Source: Folioceros fuciformis
Taxonomy: Eukaryota
Direction of reading: 5' to 3'
Assembly (NCBI GenBank): GCA_049999805.1
Contig: JBNGIO010005683.1
Span: forward strand, 41,285-94,180
DNA length: 52,896 bases
Shown here: positions 1 through 10,773 of the stretch, piece by piece
How positions within the stretch are numbered: the stretch's first letter is position 1
Layout of the letters: each line of letters opens with the position of its first letter
Position numbers and translations under genes: made by a program
The notes under the pieces: generated by a model
Database searches by the model: none
Told to the model about the DNA's origin: nothing
What the model saw: only the letters and a program-made list of their open reading frames with translations

Positions 1-1233
1 GAGTATCATTGCAGTGAGGATGCATGGAGCGGCCCTGGACCGGCAGGCCTGCTCGCTCTTCGTCACTTCGTTCCTGGCTGCTCTCAATGCTGCGATTGGC
101 ATGCCGACCGCATCTTTCGCGGAGGCTGTGAACGCTGACAAGATTGTGAGCGCTATCGAGGACCTGATTCCCGCAAAATACAAGGGTTCGTCGTGGCTGG
201 CTGCAGGCTCCATGATCGGAAAATCTCTCAGCAGCTCCCTTCTGCCCTTCCAAGCGGGCTTCGCCGACAGGAAGGAGAGCCTTCGATCGGGAATTGTGAG
301 CCACAGCCTCGGAAAGCCAGGTAGGTCTGATCGTCATTCGTCCCTGACGATGTCCTGTGACCCTTGTGTAACTTCTCGTGACATTTCCCGCAGGAACCAA
401 GTCTTTGCTGGCTCTGCTGAATACCTGCAAGGAGGTTCCGCTCTATGCTATCGTAGCCTCTGCCTACCTGAAGGCGTCATACACGTTTTGGAGGCAGCAA
501 CCGGGCAACACCTCCAGTCCGGAATTTGGCTTCACAAGGTGCACCGCCCTCAGGTTCAAGATTTTAACAAGTGTTGTCATGGCATTTTCTAGTCAGACTG
601 TTGACTCCTCAATTTGTCCACTGCAGCATAGTAGACTGCCGGCCTCTTCTTCCAAGTGCGCTCCCTAAATCAGCTGTCGGAGCCTTGTCTCTGGGTATAC
701 CCCTCCAAAAGAAGGTGACAAGCAATGACGACCTCTGGAGCCTAGCGCGCAGCATCTCGTCCACCGTCGACAAATCTCTGAAGGCTGATAAGCAGTTCAG
801 TCTCCTGGCAACCATGAACGGGCTGTTCTCCAAGGTATGGAAGGTCAAAGTTACCTTAGTTAGTACCAAATCAACAATTCTTTGCCACCAACTAGCTATC
901 TACCATATGCAATCCTAGCAGGTGCTGAAACATCAGAGCATGACGACGGGCCCGTCAAGGCGAACGTCTCTCTTCTCCATCTTCATAGACACACTTCACT
1001 GCGATTGGGGGAACACAGAGCACATCAACCTGGCAGGCACGTATGGGCCGTTTTCCTCCATGCACGGTCCAGGACCGTGCTTCTGCATTGGTGAGACAAT
1101 GCTAAGTGCAGGGCCAGAGCTTTGCCTCTCGCTCGTCTACCCAGAGCCAGTTTACTCACGGAACCAGATGGAAGCAGTGGCAACAGGTGCAATACACCTC
1201 CTGCGGGATCTGAGTGCTGGGAATCCGAACTGA
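1..1233 (+). CDS. 3' part of a CoA-dependent acyltransferase / condensation-domain-fold protein (5' end outside window); exons <1-320, 394-538, 627-834, 922-1233
   Basis: Three GT-AG introns (321-393, 539-626, 835-921) join four ORF-track frames in consistent phase. HxxxD-like motif RMHGAALDR, a VDCRPLL motif and C-terminal LSLVYPEPVYSR resemble plant condensation/acyltransferase-fold proteins. TGA at 1231-1233. Confidence 0.75.
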
Positions 1234-3303
1234 CAACCGTATCTGACAACCGTATGTGTCTACAGCAGTCGAAACATATTCGAAATATATGTTGCGACTG
1301 CTTTTAACGAGTTTCAAGCCCTCTTATGATGGGCCATCAAGTTGAGAAGAGCCTGGAGCAGTCAAAATACTGCTTAGTTAGAACTGTTTTTTTGGATAAG
1401 TTCCATGTTTTGGGTCTTATTATACATAAGGAGTTTATAGTGAAATTGAATTGGACTATGTAAATCTTGTATATAAAGTATAAGTAATATATAGTCAGTT
1501 TTTTAATAAAATATCAGATCAATTTTAATATGTATATTATGATAAGTTAATTCTTATTGATATATATGACCATTCCTTGTCTTGTGAAAAGATGACCATG
1601 GGTATGGAATATGGATACTATCATATGGTCTGTTACCATTAACAATCCTTGCCCGCATGAAAAATTTTGCTCGTTTTTGTTAGACAGCTACTTTTCAAAC
1701 GTAGTGCGAAGGATTCTTTCGCATCCAGTTGCACGATTGGGCAAGCAAGGCCGGAAAATAGAGAACCAAACAAAAAGCTAATGATGAAGACCTGCCCGGA
1801 GAATGGAGAACGAAACAAAAAGATTTTGATGAAGACATGCCTGAACTAGACCTCACGTCACTGGCAATCGGGAACGGGAGCTCCCATTGCCATTGACGTG
1901 TTAACCGTAATCCAATCTTAATACACTCTATCCAATGGGGATGAATCTTAAAAAGACACTCTGTATGAATCGAAATGAAGAAAAACGTTGTATCCCCTTC
2001 GGTCCACAAAGAGGTTAGAGGTAGAGAAAAGAAAATTACTATACGGGTAGAGTAAGGAAATATTCCTTAGATGCCATGAAATATTTATGTATAAAATACG
2101 TATTCAAATAAAAAGAACATGAAGTCTAATCCTGTCTGCATTGGTATTCTATACATGGGCCAATCGCTTATTATCAAAAGTTAATGTTATTTACTTAGTT
2201 GGTTTTCTCCAAGCGCTTTGAATAAGCTGTACTTCAGTGCATGATAAACATTCTTGTTTTCTTTTTTTTTACTTCTAAAACTAGGCAGGAGAGCTTGGAG
2301 AAGAGTGAAAGAGACACTTGTTGGTCTCATTGATACTACTTGGTGTGCGCTACGTTCTCCACACTGGTTCTTGAGTCATAACATGTTTATACTTACTATT
2401 TTTTGAAAATTTGGAGTGTGCAAATTAGTATTTGCGTGTTCTCACGATCCGCAAGGCAAAAGCGCATCCTAAACGCAGGAGTGGAACCGATGCCTCGTAC
2501 TGATCAGAGCTCTCGGTTCTCTGACTCGCAGACCCTACTACCCAAGTTGACCGTCGAGGGATGTGGCCTGCAAAGGATGTCAGCGAGCTGCAGTGTTGCA
2601 TGCTAACCTTAAGGATTGCAACGGGCTGTAGGCTCAACACAATGCGCCTGCAGCACGGCAAAGCGGGGCAGTCTAGAGTTCTAACCCTAGACGCCCTGCG
2701 AAGCCGCGCTACAAGGAGGCAATGCAAGGGAAGCCGCTGTGCGGTGCGCACGTTGCAATCTGACTTGAGGCTGAACTGTGGTGCACCGGAACAGCGCCAT
2801 CCTTCACCTGTAAGTTGTAGAGGCAAATGTTGCATCTAGGGAGGGACTAAACCAGGCACCCAGATGGGGGCTGCTACCTCAGTTGATCAGGGCCACAGTG
2901 GGAGGCGCGATGCAGGATGCAAAAGTGCGTAGCAGGCTTCAATACGCCTTCGCACGCTGTACCTCCAAGCCATGACTAACCTACCTCGCTCGCCTCCCTC
3001 ATGTTCGGCCCTCCCTCCCCCACGTTTGGAAGGGATCAGCGAACCGGAGGGAGGGAGCGGCGAGGGGTTGGAGGGGGTAGGGCAGGCGAGGAATTGGAGG
3101 GGGGAAGGCATTAGCGGGAGTGGCTTGTTTTTGCTGGTTGGTCCACTCAGGGAAGGCGCTTTGCTTCGCTAGGGCAACCGACCGGACTGAAGGGCGTGTC
3201 GTGTGAAAAGACGAGGAAGCGACCCTCTGCGTTTTCTCATACCGTACTCTTCTGTCTGAAGCCAAGATTGCGAAGACTCTCTTTCTAAAGCATGCAAATC
3301 TCC

Positions 3304-6123
3304 TTATCGTCTCTTCCCGAATCTGCCAGACGGACCCAGACTTTGCCTCAGGTCTGCATTCACGGCGTCCAGCAGCGCGTACAGCTGAGCCTTCTGCTCA
3401 TGCCTCCGGTCTCCGACCAGGAAGGTGTGCACCTCACAGTTGTGCTCGATCCAACTCTGGCCAGGCTCCTTCCATGCGACTCTTGTCCGCCTCACTTCAT
3501 CGACCTCGTTTGCATAATCGAGCAAACCGGCATCGGCGTACAGGTTAGACATGAGCACGTACGCGGCACCGTGCAGAGGCTCTAGGTTCACAGCTTGGTC
3601 GAAGGCACGTTCCGCCAGCACCACGTTACGATGCTTCCGGCACGCGCCAAGAACGCACAACCACACCGGCAGATCAGGCTCCATAGGCATTCCCGCCAGT
3701 AGCACTTCTATTTTCCGAAACAGTCCTGCACGGCCGACAAGATCGATCACGCAAGCGTAGTGCTCTAACCCTGCCGACAGGCCGTAGTCGCGCCCCATGC
3801 TCTCAAAGTACTCCAGTCCCTTTTCCACATCACCGGCGTTCGTGCACGCTGATAGGAGCATTAGGAATGTGACAGCGTCTGGTTCCAAACCTGTTCGGCA
3901 CATGGCCTGGTAACACAGCGCGCTGGCCTCGGCATCTCCGACTCGGGCATGCCCGGCAATCAGGGCAGTATATGATTTAACATTTGGCCGGGACAACGAG
4001 TTGAACACCTGCTGTGCGTCCGACATACTTCCGCATTTGCCGTACGCGCGGATGAGACTGGTCGCGATGCAGAGATTAGAGTGGAGTCCACATTCCAGTA
4101 CACTCTGGTGGACACCTCGACACATTTCCAAGGCTCCCGTATTGCTGCATGCTTCCAGCACAGCTACGAACGTACCTTCCCGTGGTTTCACTCCTCCTGC
4201 TCGCATCCGGGCGTAGAGTTGTAGAGCCTTGTCACCTTGCTCGTGCTGCGAGTATGCTGCAATCATGGCATTCCAAGACACCACGTCTCGCTGGGACAAT
4301 CCGTCAAACACATTTGTTGCATCTTTGATGCTCCCGCATTTGGCGTACATGCTGACTAAACTGTTGGCAACATGTGTGTCTGACTCCAACCCTAACTCAG
4401 TGGCTCGAGCGTGGATTTCCCTTCCCTTCTGCAGGGACTCCAGCTTCACGTTCTGCCCATCCATAACAGCACATTGCTCTCTTTCTGCAAGACTGCCGCA
4501 TGCTTGAAGAGTGCTTGCAAACGTTCTTGCATTTGGCCTGAATCCTGCCTCTTGCATTCGTGCATACATCTGTAAGGCCTTTTCCGCTAGTTCCCGCTGG
4601 GAATATGCTGCAATCATGGCACTCCAACACACCACATTACGATTGGACAATCTTTGGAACACCTGTTCTGCATCCTCGATGCTCCCACACTTCGCATAAA
4701 CACCGACCAAACTGCTGCCAACAAAAACATTCAACTCCAATCCCCTGTCTCTTACTGCAGCATGTAATTTCTTTGCCATGCGTAGGGACTCAAACTTAAA
4801 ATGCTTCCCCTCCGCCCGCTTGGCTACCTCGCTTTCGGCTAGGCTGCTACATGCTTGCAGGGCACAGACAAAAGTCCGGGCATCTGGCACGACATCTTGC
4901 TCTTGCATCTGTTCAAATATTTGCAGGGCCTTGGCTCCCTGGTCCTGCTGGAAATGTGCTGCCATCATGGCATTCCATGAAACCATATTGGGATTGTATA
5001 GACCATCGAAGATGACTTGGGCATCCTTAAGGCTCCCACATTTGGCATACATGCTCACCAAAGCATTGCCTACAAAGCTGTTTGATTCCAAACCGCTCTG
5101 GACAGCGGCGGCATGGACTATCCTGCCTTTCTGGAGAGCATGCATCTTAACCCTTTGCCCTTCCTCAACTGTCCCTTCCTCCCTTTCCGCGAGACTGCCA
5201 CAAGCTTGGAGCACGCAGACAAAGGTCCGTGAATCTGGTTTGAACCCTTCGTTTTGCATTCGCCAAAAAATCTGTAAAGCATTATCTCCTTGGTCCTTTT
5301 GAGCGTACGCAGCAACCATGGCTGTCCACGACACCACATTCCGCTGAGACATTCCATCAAACACATGTTGTGCATCCATCATGCTACCACACTTTGCATA
5401 CATACTGATCAAGGTGCTGGCAACGAACATGTCTGATTCCAACCCACGACATACAATTGCAGCGTGAATGCGCTTGCCCTCTTCCAAGTCCTCCAACTTG
5501 CTGCATGCTTTAAGCACGCTGACAAATGTATAACTGTCCGGCCAGACACCTTCCTGTTGCATCTGCTTATAGCATAGGACAGCCTCCCTACAGTGCCCTG
5601 CATTGATATACCCCGAGATGACGGCTGTCCAAGAGAAAACAGTTCGCCGGGGCAGCCGTTCAAACAACTCAAGCCCCTCAGCGAGGCTGCCACAGTTCAG
5701 CAGCGTGGTGACAACCAGGTCGAGGAGCATTATGTTGGACTCCAACCCATGCTTTGCCAAATGGGCATGTACCAGCTTGGCCTCTTGAAGGGAATTCTTC
5801 TTCGTGCAGGCCTGCAACAGATTCTTGTACATCTGCACGGAAGGCGCGAGTCCCCGCTGATCCATGCAGAGCAGCACGCCCAGTCCTTTGTCCAGACATC
5901 CTTGCGTGCCCACCGTTTCCAGTTCATGAACGTCCTCTGATGTGCATGCAGTCCTGCAAAGGGTGCAAGCCGACGCACTGCTCGGTCTATGAGAGTCCGA
6001 GACAAGTATCCGCCTCTTGGTATAGCAATATCGAGAAGGAGAGGACTTTTCCACTATGCTGCAAAGGATGCCTGACTGCCTTATGCTGCCTACAGTGGAG
6101 GCTGCCTTTCCACGGTGGTGCAT
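3304..6123 (-). CDS. PLS-class pentatricopeptide repeat protein with E domains and E+/PG-box tail, no DYW deaminase (organellar RNA-editing specificity factor)
   Basis: Intronless 939-aa ORF with repeated P-L-S triplets (VVSWNAMIAAY..., TFVCVLQAC..., LVSMYAKCGS...AQ.VFD), E-type motifs (EHYACVIDLVGRAG, AYVLMSNLYADAG) and EPGQSWIE...HTFLVGD. The ORF stops before any HxE/CxxC/DYW. Confidence 0.95.
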   Translation of the reverse strand: MHHRGKAASTVGSIRQSGILCSIVEKSSPSRYCYTKRRILVSDSHRPSSASACTLCRTACTSEDVHELETVGTQGCLDKGLGVLLCMDQRGLAPSVQMYKNLLQACTKKNSLQEAKLVHAHLAKHGLESNIMLLDLVVTTLLNCGSLAEGLELFERLPRRTVFSWTAVISGYINAGHCREAVLCYKQMQQEGVWPDSYTFVSVLKACSKLEDLEEGKRIHAAIVCRGLESDMFVASTLISMYAKCGSMMDAQHVFDGMSQRNVVSWTAMVAAYAQKDQGDNALQIFWRMQNEGFKPDSRTFVCVLQACGSLAEREEGTVEEGQRVKMHALQKGRIVHAAAVQSGLESNSFVGNALVSMYAKCGSLKDAQVIFDGLYNPNMVSWNAMMAAHFQQDQGAKALQIFEQMQEQDVVPDARTFVCALQACSSLAESEVAKRAEGKHFKFESLRMAKKLHAAVRDRGLELNVFVGSSLVGVYAKCGSIEDAEQVFQRLSNRNVVCWSAMIAAYSQRELAEKALQMYARMQEAGFRPNARTFASTLQACGSLAEREQCAVMDGQNVKLESLQKGREIHARATELGLESDTHVANSLVSMYAKCGSIKDATNVFDGLSQRDVVSWNAMIAAYSQHEQGDKALQLYARMRAGGVKPREGTFVAVLEACSNTGALEMCRGVHQSVLECGLHSNLCIATSLIRAYGKCGSMSDAQQVFNSLSRPNVKSYTALIAGHARVGDAEASALCYQAMCRTGLEPDAVTFLMLLSACTNAGDVEKGLEYFESMGRDYGLSAGLEHYACVIDLVGRAGLFRKIEVLLAGMPMEPDLPVWLCVLGACRKHRNVVLAERAFDQAVNLEPLHGAAYVLMSNLYADAGLLDYANEVDEVRRTRVAWKEPGQSWIEHNCEVHTFLVGDRRHEQKAQLYALLDAVNADLRQSLGPSGRFGKRR

Positions 6124-6530
6124 CCTGCATAACTGCCTGGAAATCCACCCAAGCAGGTCTGTATAGGTTGCTCACCAGCAGTGCGTCCTTCGACATTCAC
6201 TGCCCCGAAGTCAACAGACCGAGGTCCTTTCTCAGGCGGGATGAGCACCACCTAAGCTAGCTTCCCAACAACAGGACGACGTCAGGCGATAGAACCCCTA
6301 CCTAAGGGGTTTAGGATTCCGTGATCACTTGGCACCTCCATCAGGACCATTAGGGCTGCCCAGTCTTGGAGAACGAGATCAGGCAACACGTTCTTGGCGC
6401 CAAATGAGCAACACGCCCAGCAGTTCGAGTGCAAACCATCTCCATAATTTTCCCACTGCAAAAATCTAAAAATCCGGGACGGTGCAGGATTTCACTAGTT
6501 CAGAAGTGCTTTGTGTTTCATCTTTGAAAG

Positions 6531-6655
6531 TTAGCTAGTCCATAGCCTCAAGGGCCAAGAAGAGTTACTCCATAGCCTCAAGGGCGAAGAAGAGTTAGTC
6601 CATAGCCTCAAGGGCGAAGAAGAGTTAGTCCATAGCCTCAAGGGCCAAGAAGAAC
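6531..6655. repeat. 30-bp minisatellite, ~4 copies
   Basis: catagcctcaaggg(c/g)..aagaagagtta(g/c)tc at 6541, 6571, 6601, 6631. Only one diverged unit at the paralogous site (~11150). Confidence 0.9.
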
Positions 6656-6825
6656 CGTCGACAGTGGGTGGTTGGACTCCGTCAAGCAGGCAGCGAGGTG
6701 CTACTTGTCTAGCTGTTAGGCATCTAGTACAGGCATCCTGAAGGACCCGTGGCGCATGCACAATGAGTCCTGGGAACTGAAAAATTGCTACATGACAAAT
6801 TCGATGTATTTTGTTTTGCAGCCCA

Positions 6826-8844
6826 TCACCAGTGCTTAAAAAAGTCCATGACCACGGAATTCGCAAATTCTCGCATGGTGATAGGTAATTTGTCGACTTT
6901 TCTCCAACAGCTTGGCTTCTCGTTCAGCAAATAATGGCTGACCAAGGGATGCAACGAGTAGTAGTACACCTGCAAATCACCAAACGCCTCGACAGTGGGG
7001 TTACTTACAATCGCATATATGTATAGCACAGGACCACTAACACGACATTCAGGTATACTTGATCCAAAGCAGTAGAGGTTTGCGTGCTTTACTTACTCTG
7101 GTTCCTTCTGCATCTTGACCTGCCGTAACAAGGTTGAAATCAACAAGAGTGTCCATGGCAATCTGGGTCAACTTAGCACTGGGATGTACTAGTTTCCATG
7201 CGTCTTCTATCACATCTTTAGGAATAGCCTGCCCAGCTTCGAATAGTCCTAGGAACTCCAGCAATTGACGGTCACCTGCATTGAGTGCCTTAACAGAGAA
7301 ATCCAGTTCAGATCCCAGTACGAGGGCTTGTTCTTTCCAGATGCCAAGGCTATTACCGTTTGAACTCTGCACAATTTCGCCCATAATCTTTTCAGTCAAG
7401 CCATTTCCAATTCTGTAGACAAGCGCCAGGCAACCACCACAGCCCCTCAAAATCCTGCCCTGCAAGACATCAGGAACCACAAGGACAAGGTCAAGTATTC
7501 AGACAAGACTTTCCACCAGCGGGTGATATTGGCATTCTACTAAGAAACGACTCAAAAAGGAGCGGTGTGTAGCAACATCCCAACCTTGATACCTGGACTT
7601 TCTTACGTACATCCATAAAGCCCACAGAAGCCACAAGTAGGTGCTCAAGTACGTTACCTGGACTTCCGTAGGCAGATCCTTAATGCCCCTAGAAGCAGCT
7701 ATAGCCACAAGTAAGTGCTCATCCAATTTTTTAGCCGCAATGTCCGATGCATCAACATGAAACACCTTCGCATCCGCCCACAATGCCTTTCGACGACTTG
7801 TGACCAGAATTTTGCCACCATGTCCACGAAATCGAAAGTGAAGTATGCTGTCCGGGTTCCAAACATTGTCTAACACGATGAGACAACTTTTCTTCATTGC
7901 TGCGTCCGTCAAAGCCTGCCTTACGTCTGTTTTGTCGGCCACACGCATCCTATCAGCTAATTCACTCAGCTTCTTGACTACATCGCTCTCTAAAGAAGAC
8001 CCTTCACTTACGTTCCTGTCAAACTTCAGGAAGTGAGCTCCACCGGGAAACCTGGAATCTGTGGAAACAAGTACCAAACCCTCCAGAAATCAAGACTGAA
8101 CAGAGCCAAAGCAGTCAGCCACAAAGCAAGGATCTGAAAGTGCAGGCTGCACCTATTTGAAAAAATTTTGCGATGTCAAGAGCCATCTCCGTCTTACCCA
8201 TCCCAAACAGACCTGACAGAATGACGACATCCTTGTCTCCTGTACGTAGATACTCTACCACGTCATGAAAGATAGATTCATGACGTCTGTAATGATGGTC
8301 GTTGACGAGCATACCGTCATCATATCGATCCAGCCGCAAGTTCCAATCGTCCCGGAACTCTTTCAAGCTTTGCGCAAGGTGACATCCACCCCGCAAATAG
8401 AAAATGCTCCGGAATGCCTTAGATCTGAAAAATTTCCACCGCGCCTCCTGCTCTAGTTTGATTTTCGTGTATTCAGCTTGGAATCCTGCTGACACGCAAT
8501 GGCGTTGGGATGTCCATACTCTAGGTGAATGCAAGACTATCCTCAATCTATTCAGGAGATTGAGAGTCTGGTTCGCCTCATTCGCCCGTTTGCCTCCACC
8601 ATGTATCGAACGTTCCAGATCCCCTTGAACGATCAAAAGAGGATCCCTCTCCATGCTGGAACGAGGATCGACGGCATGCACCAACGCTATTTAGAGAACA
8701 TAAGGACCCAACATCAAAAGCCACAAGACCTAGCACATGCCCTCAGTGGCCAACACCATAGCAAAGCAGCGCACGTTGCAGCTCTAAGTAGCGCTCCAGC
8801 AGGTAGAAATTCTCCATGAGCGCTCTACCCAGATTCCGGTACAT
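6826..8844 (-). CDS. NB-ARC (STAND NTPase) protein, RLS1/NB-ARM-like, with helical N-terminus and no C-terminal repeat domain; exons 8844-8775, 8686-8153, 8058-7658, 7459-7097, 6969-6826 (~500 aa; true start may be further upstream)
   Basis: P-loop SGLFGMGKT, kinase-2 CLIVLDNVW, RNBS-B KILVTSR, degenerate GLPL (CGGCLAL) and degenerate MHD (YSLHPLV). All four GT-AG introns join in phase with no internal stop. TGA at 6826-6828. Confidence 0.8.
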
Positions 8845-8986
8845 CTTGGCTCCAACTGGAACAACACAACCTGGAAACACGATTATAGAGGTCCGCAGAC
8901 ACTGCATACATCACACGAAGACTGGTTTCCCAATTCCCGCCGAAGAGAGGGCAACGAAATGACCCATGAGCCTAGAAGCTTCAGCC

Positions 8987-9288
8987 AGAGCAGACGTCGG
9001 TAAAGCCTCTTTACGCCAAAAGGCCTAGTGCTGTGTCTGACTCTTGTTTTTTATTCTAACTGCGTGGTTCTGCCCCTCCCCGCTGAAGGGGGTGGTACTG
9101 GCACACGGGAACCTTGAGCGTGTTACTGGCACACGGGAACCTTGAGCGTGTTACTGGCACACGGGAATTAGGCCTCCAAGTTCAAACTAAAAGGATCTAT
9201 TTGACAGTTTACTAAAGTATAAATTATCTTGAGGAATTAAAGAAAAAATAACTTTAAGCCTCTAGGTAAAACTTATTTGCCCAAGCCT
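8987..9288. mobile_element. ~300-bp insertion flanked by 9-bp direct repeat GCTTCAGCC, with an internal 28-bp tandem repeat
   Basis: GCTTCAGCC at 8978-8986 and 9289-9297. The paralogous site (~13340) has a single GCTTCGGCC and no insert. tactggcacacgggaaccttgagcgtgt x2.6 at 9096-9167. Confidence 0.65.
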
Positions 9289-9754
9289 GCTTCAGCCGCA
9301 CTACAACCGGATGCACTTCTCGACACCAGCACTGGCGCCGTCGCCCGTAAGCAATCAAAACTTCGCCATTCCGCGTTACGTACGTACGGTATCCTCCACC
9401 ACCAGGTAACGACGACGCAGACCTCTTGCTCACCACGTGCAGCAGGACATATGCGCAGTCCTGAACCTCAGGACGAGCGAGTACGCAGGCAGCAACCTAC
9501 TGTCCATAGAATCTGGCCACGTGGAGTAAGAACACCTTGATTATTACTTCTTCTAACGATGGCAACTGACGGGCACGGCGAAGGACTGGCGACAGGCTCT
9601 GACATGCAAGACGAACACTGAAGGATATACATATGTCCTGCTCATACGATCCAGTACCTACGTGATCAGCAAAACTAAGGGTTCCTGCAGGCACGTCATA
9701 CACTGTGTACCCTACTCCCTGTGAGCTGCCCGGCTATGTGTACCGGATTACTAT

Positions 9755-10773
9755 CGGTACACCATCTCCCAGTTTTGGTAGAGCAGGTGCTTCTTCCTCA
9801 GAGGAATTAAAAGTGCCTCATGTGATTCCTACAAAATACATATGAGATGGAATGGTGATGATATTCAGATATCCTTTCCCGGATGACAGTAAGGGCTCGA
9901 AGAGTTGCGTACAAGGTGTACCTCTAGCACGCGCGCCTACTCTTCCAAGGCACCAGCAGGTAGCAAGATTTCAATCATCCATGCTGCACGACCGAACCTG
10001 TGGTCACTCACTTTTAAAGTGCACGACATTATCACATTGCCTGCCTACTGATCTTCACTTCTAGCTCAAGGTTGCGCTCGTTTCCTCAGCGAGGGATCGC
10101 ATCGGAGCTTGACGTGCCTGTTCAGCCGCTAGAACCTTGCTCCTCAGCTCCTCCACTCGGGACTGTTAACTCCAACTGCAAAAGGCAGAAGCTCGTTATG
10201 AAAGATGAAAGACGTATGGCCAGCTTAAAGTTCGAAACCTCATCTTACTCACCCTCTTTCTGGAGCAATCGGGCAGTGGTAACACTGACCTCATCTTTCT
10301 CTTGCAACTTGCGAAGGCTTCCACGGGGTATAGCACGTCTCCTCGAGTCGTGCCCCGCTCTCATATCAGAAGCTTTACTGGACCTGTCTGCCCCACTCCG
10401 TACACTTAAAAGAGTGCCCTTCGGCCTTGCTGCAATCGATCGTCTTTCCTTGCTCCCAACTTGTGGATTCGACAGTTGTTGACTCGCTGATACCTCTCAT
10501 CTGTCACTCTGCATGCCAGTCAGGTCCCCAGCACCTGTGACAGCTGAGACATTGCCCGACTCTGCAAACCGAGACTCTCCACCCGCTCCACCCCACAGTC
10601 CTGTCCACGAGGTCGGCTTGATGCCAGGAACCAGACCTGACGGTTCCAGGTCTACGAAGGTCAGCAGGTTCTAACGTGGACTCGAGCTTTCTCAGTTCGC
10701 CCTGCCCTTCGTCCAAGTGCCCTTGAGCACCAAGAAATGCTCTACCACCTTAAAAATCTGACCTTGATGCTGG
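9755..10773 (-). pseudogene. 5'-truncated, decayed duplicate of the 3' exons of the membrane/coiled-coil gene at 13780-16100
   Basis: Homologous to 13780-14871 but lacks the 5' exons and carries deletions in the last two exons and a stop (TAA at 10750-10752). Confidence 0.8.

Larger units (their letters stand above)
6025..10773. repeat. Tandem segmental duplication, copy 1
   Basis: 6025-6380 aligns by eye with 10773-11130, the NB-ARC exons with 11340-13260, and 9770-10773 with 13820-14871. Junction at 10773. Confidence 0.9.

Noticed and set aside
1781-1844. C/D-box snoRNA (ATGATGA...TGATGA...CTGA)
   Set aside because: The two boxes come from a local duplication. There is no clear D' box or terminal stem, and the putative guide is only ~8 nt.
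3292-6260. Plus-strand ORFs over the PPR gene (and overlapping ORFs across 31400-35900)
   Set aside because: Antisense or alternative-frame shadows of GC-rich real genes, with no motifs.
6531-6655. 30-bp repeats as a CRISPR array
   Set aside because: Units are contiguous with no unique spacers, there are no cas genes, and the context is eukaryotic. The same applies to the 28-, 63- and 67-bp arrays.
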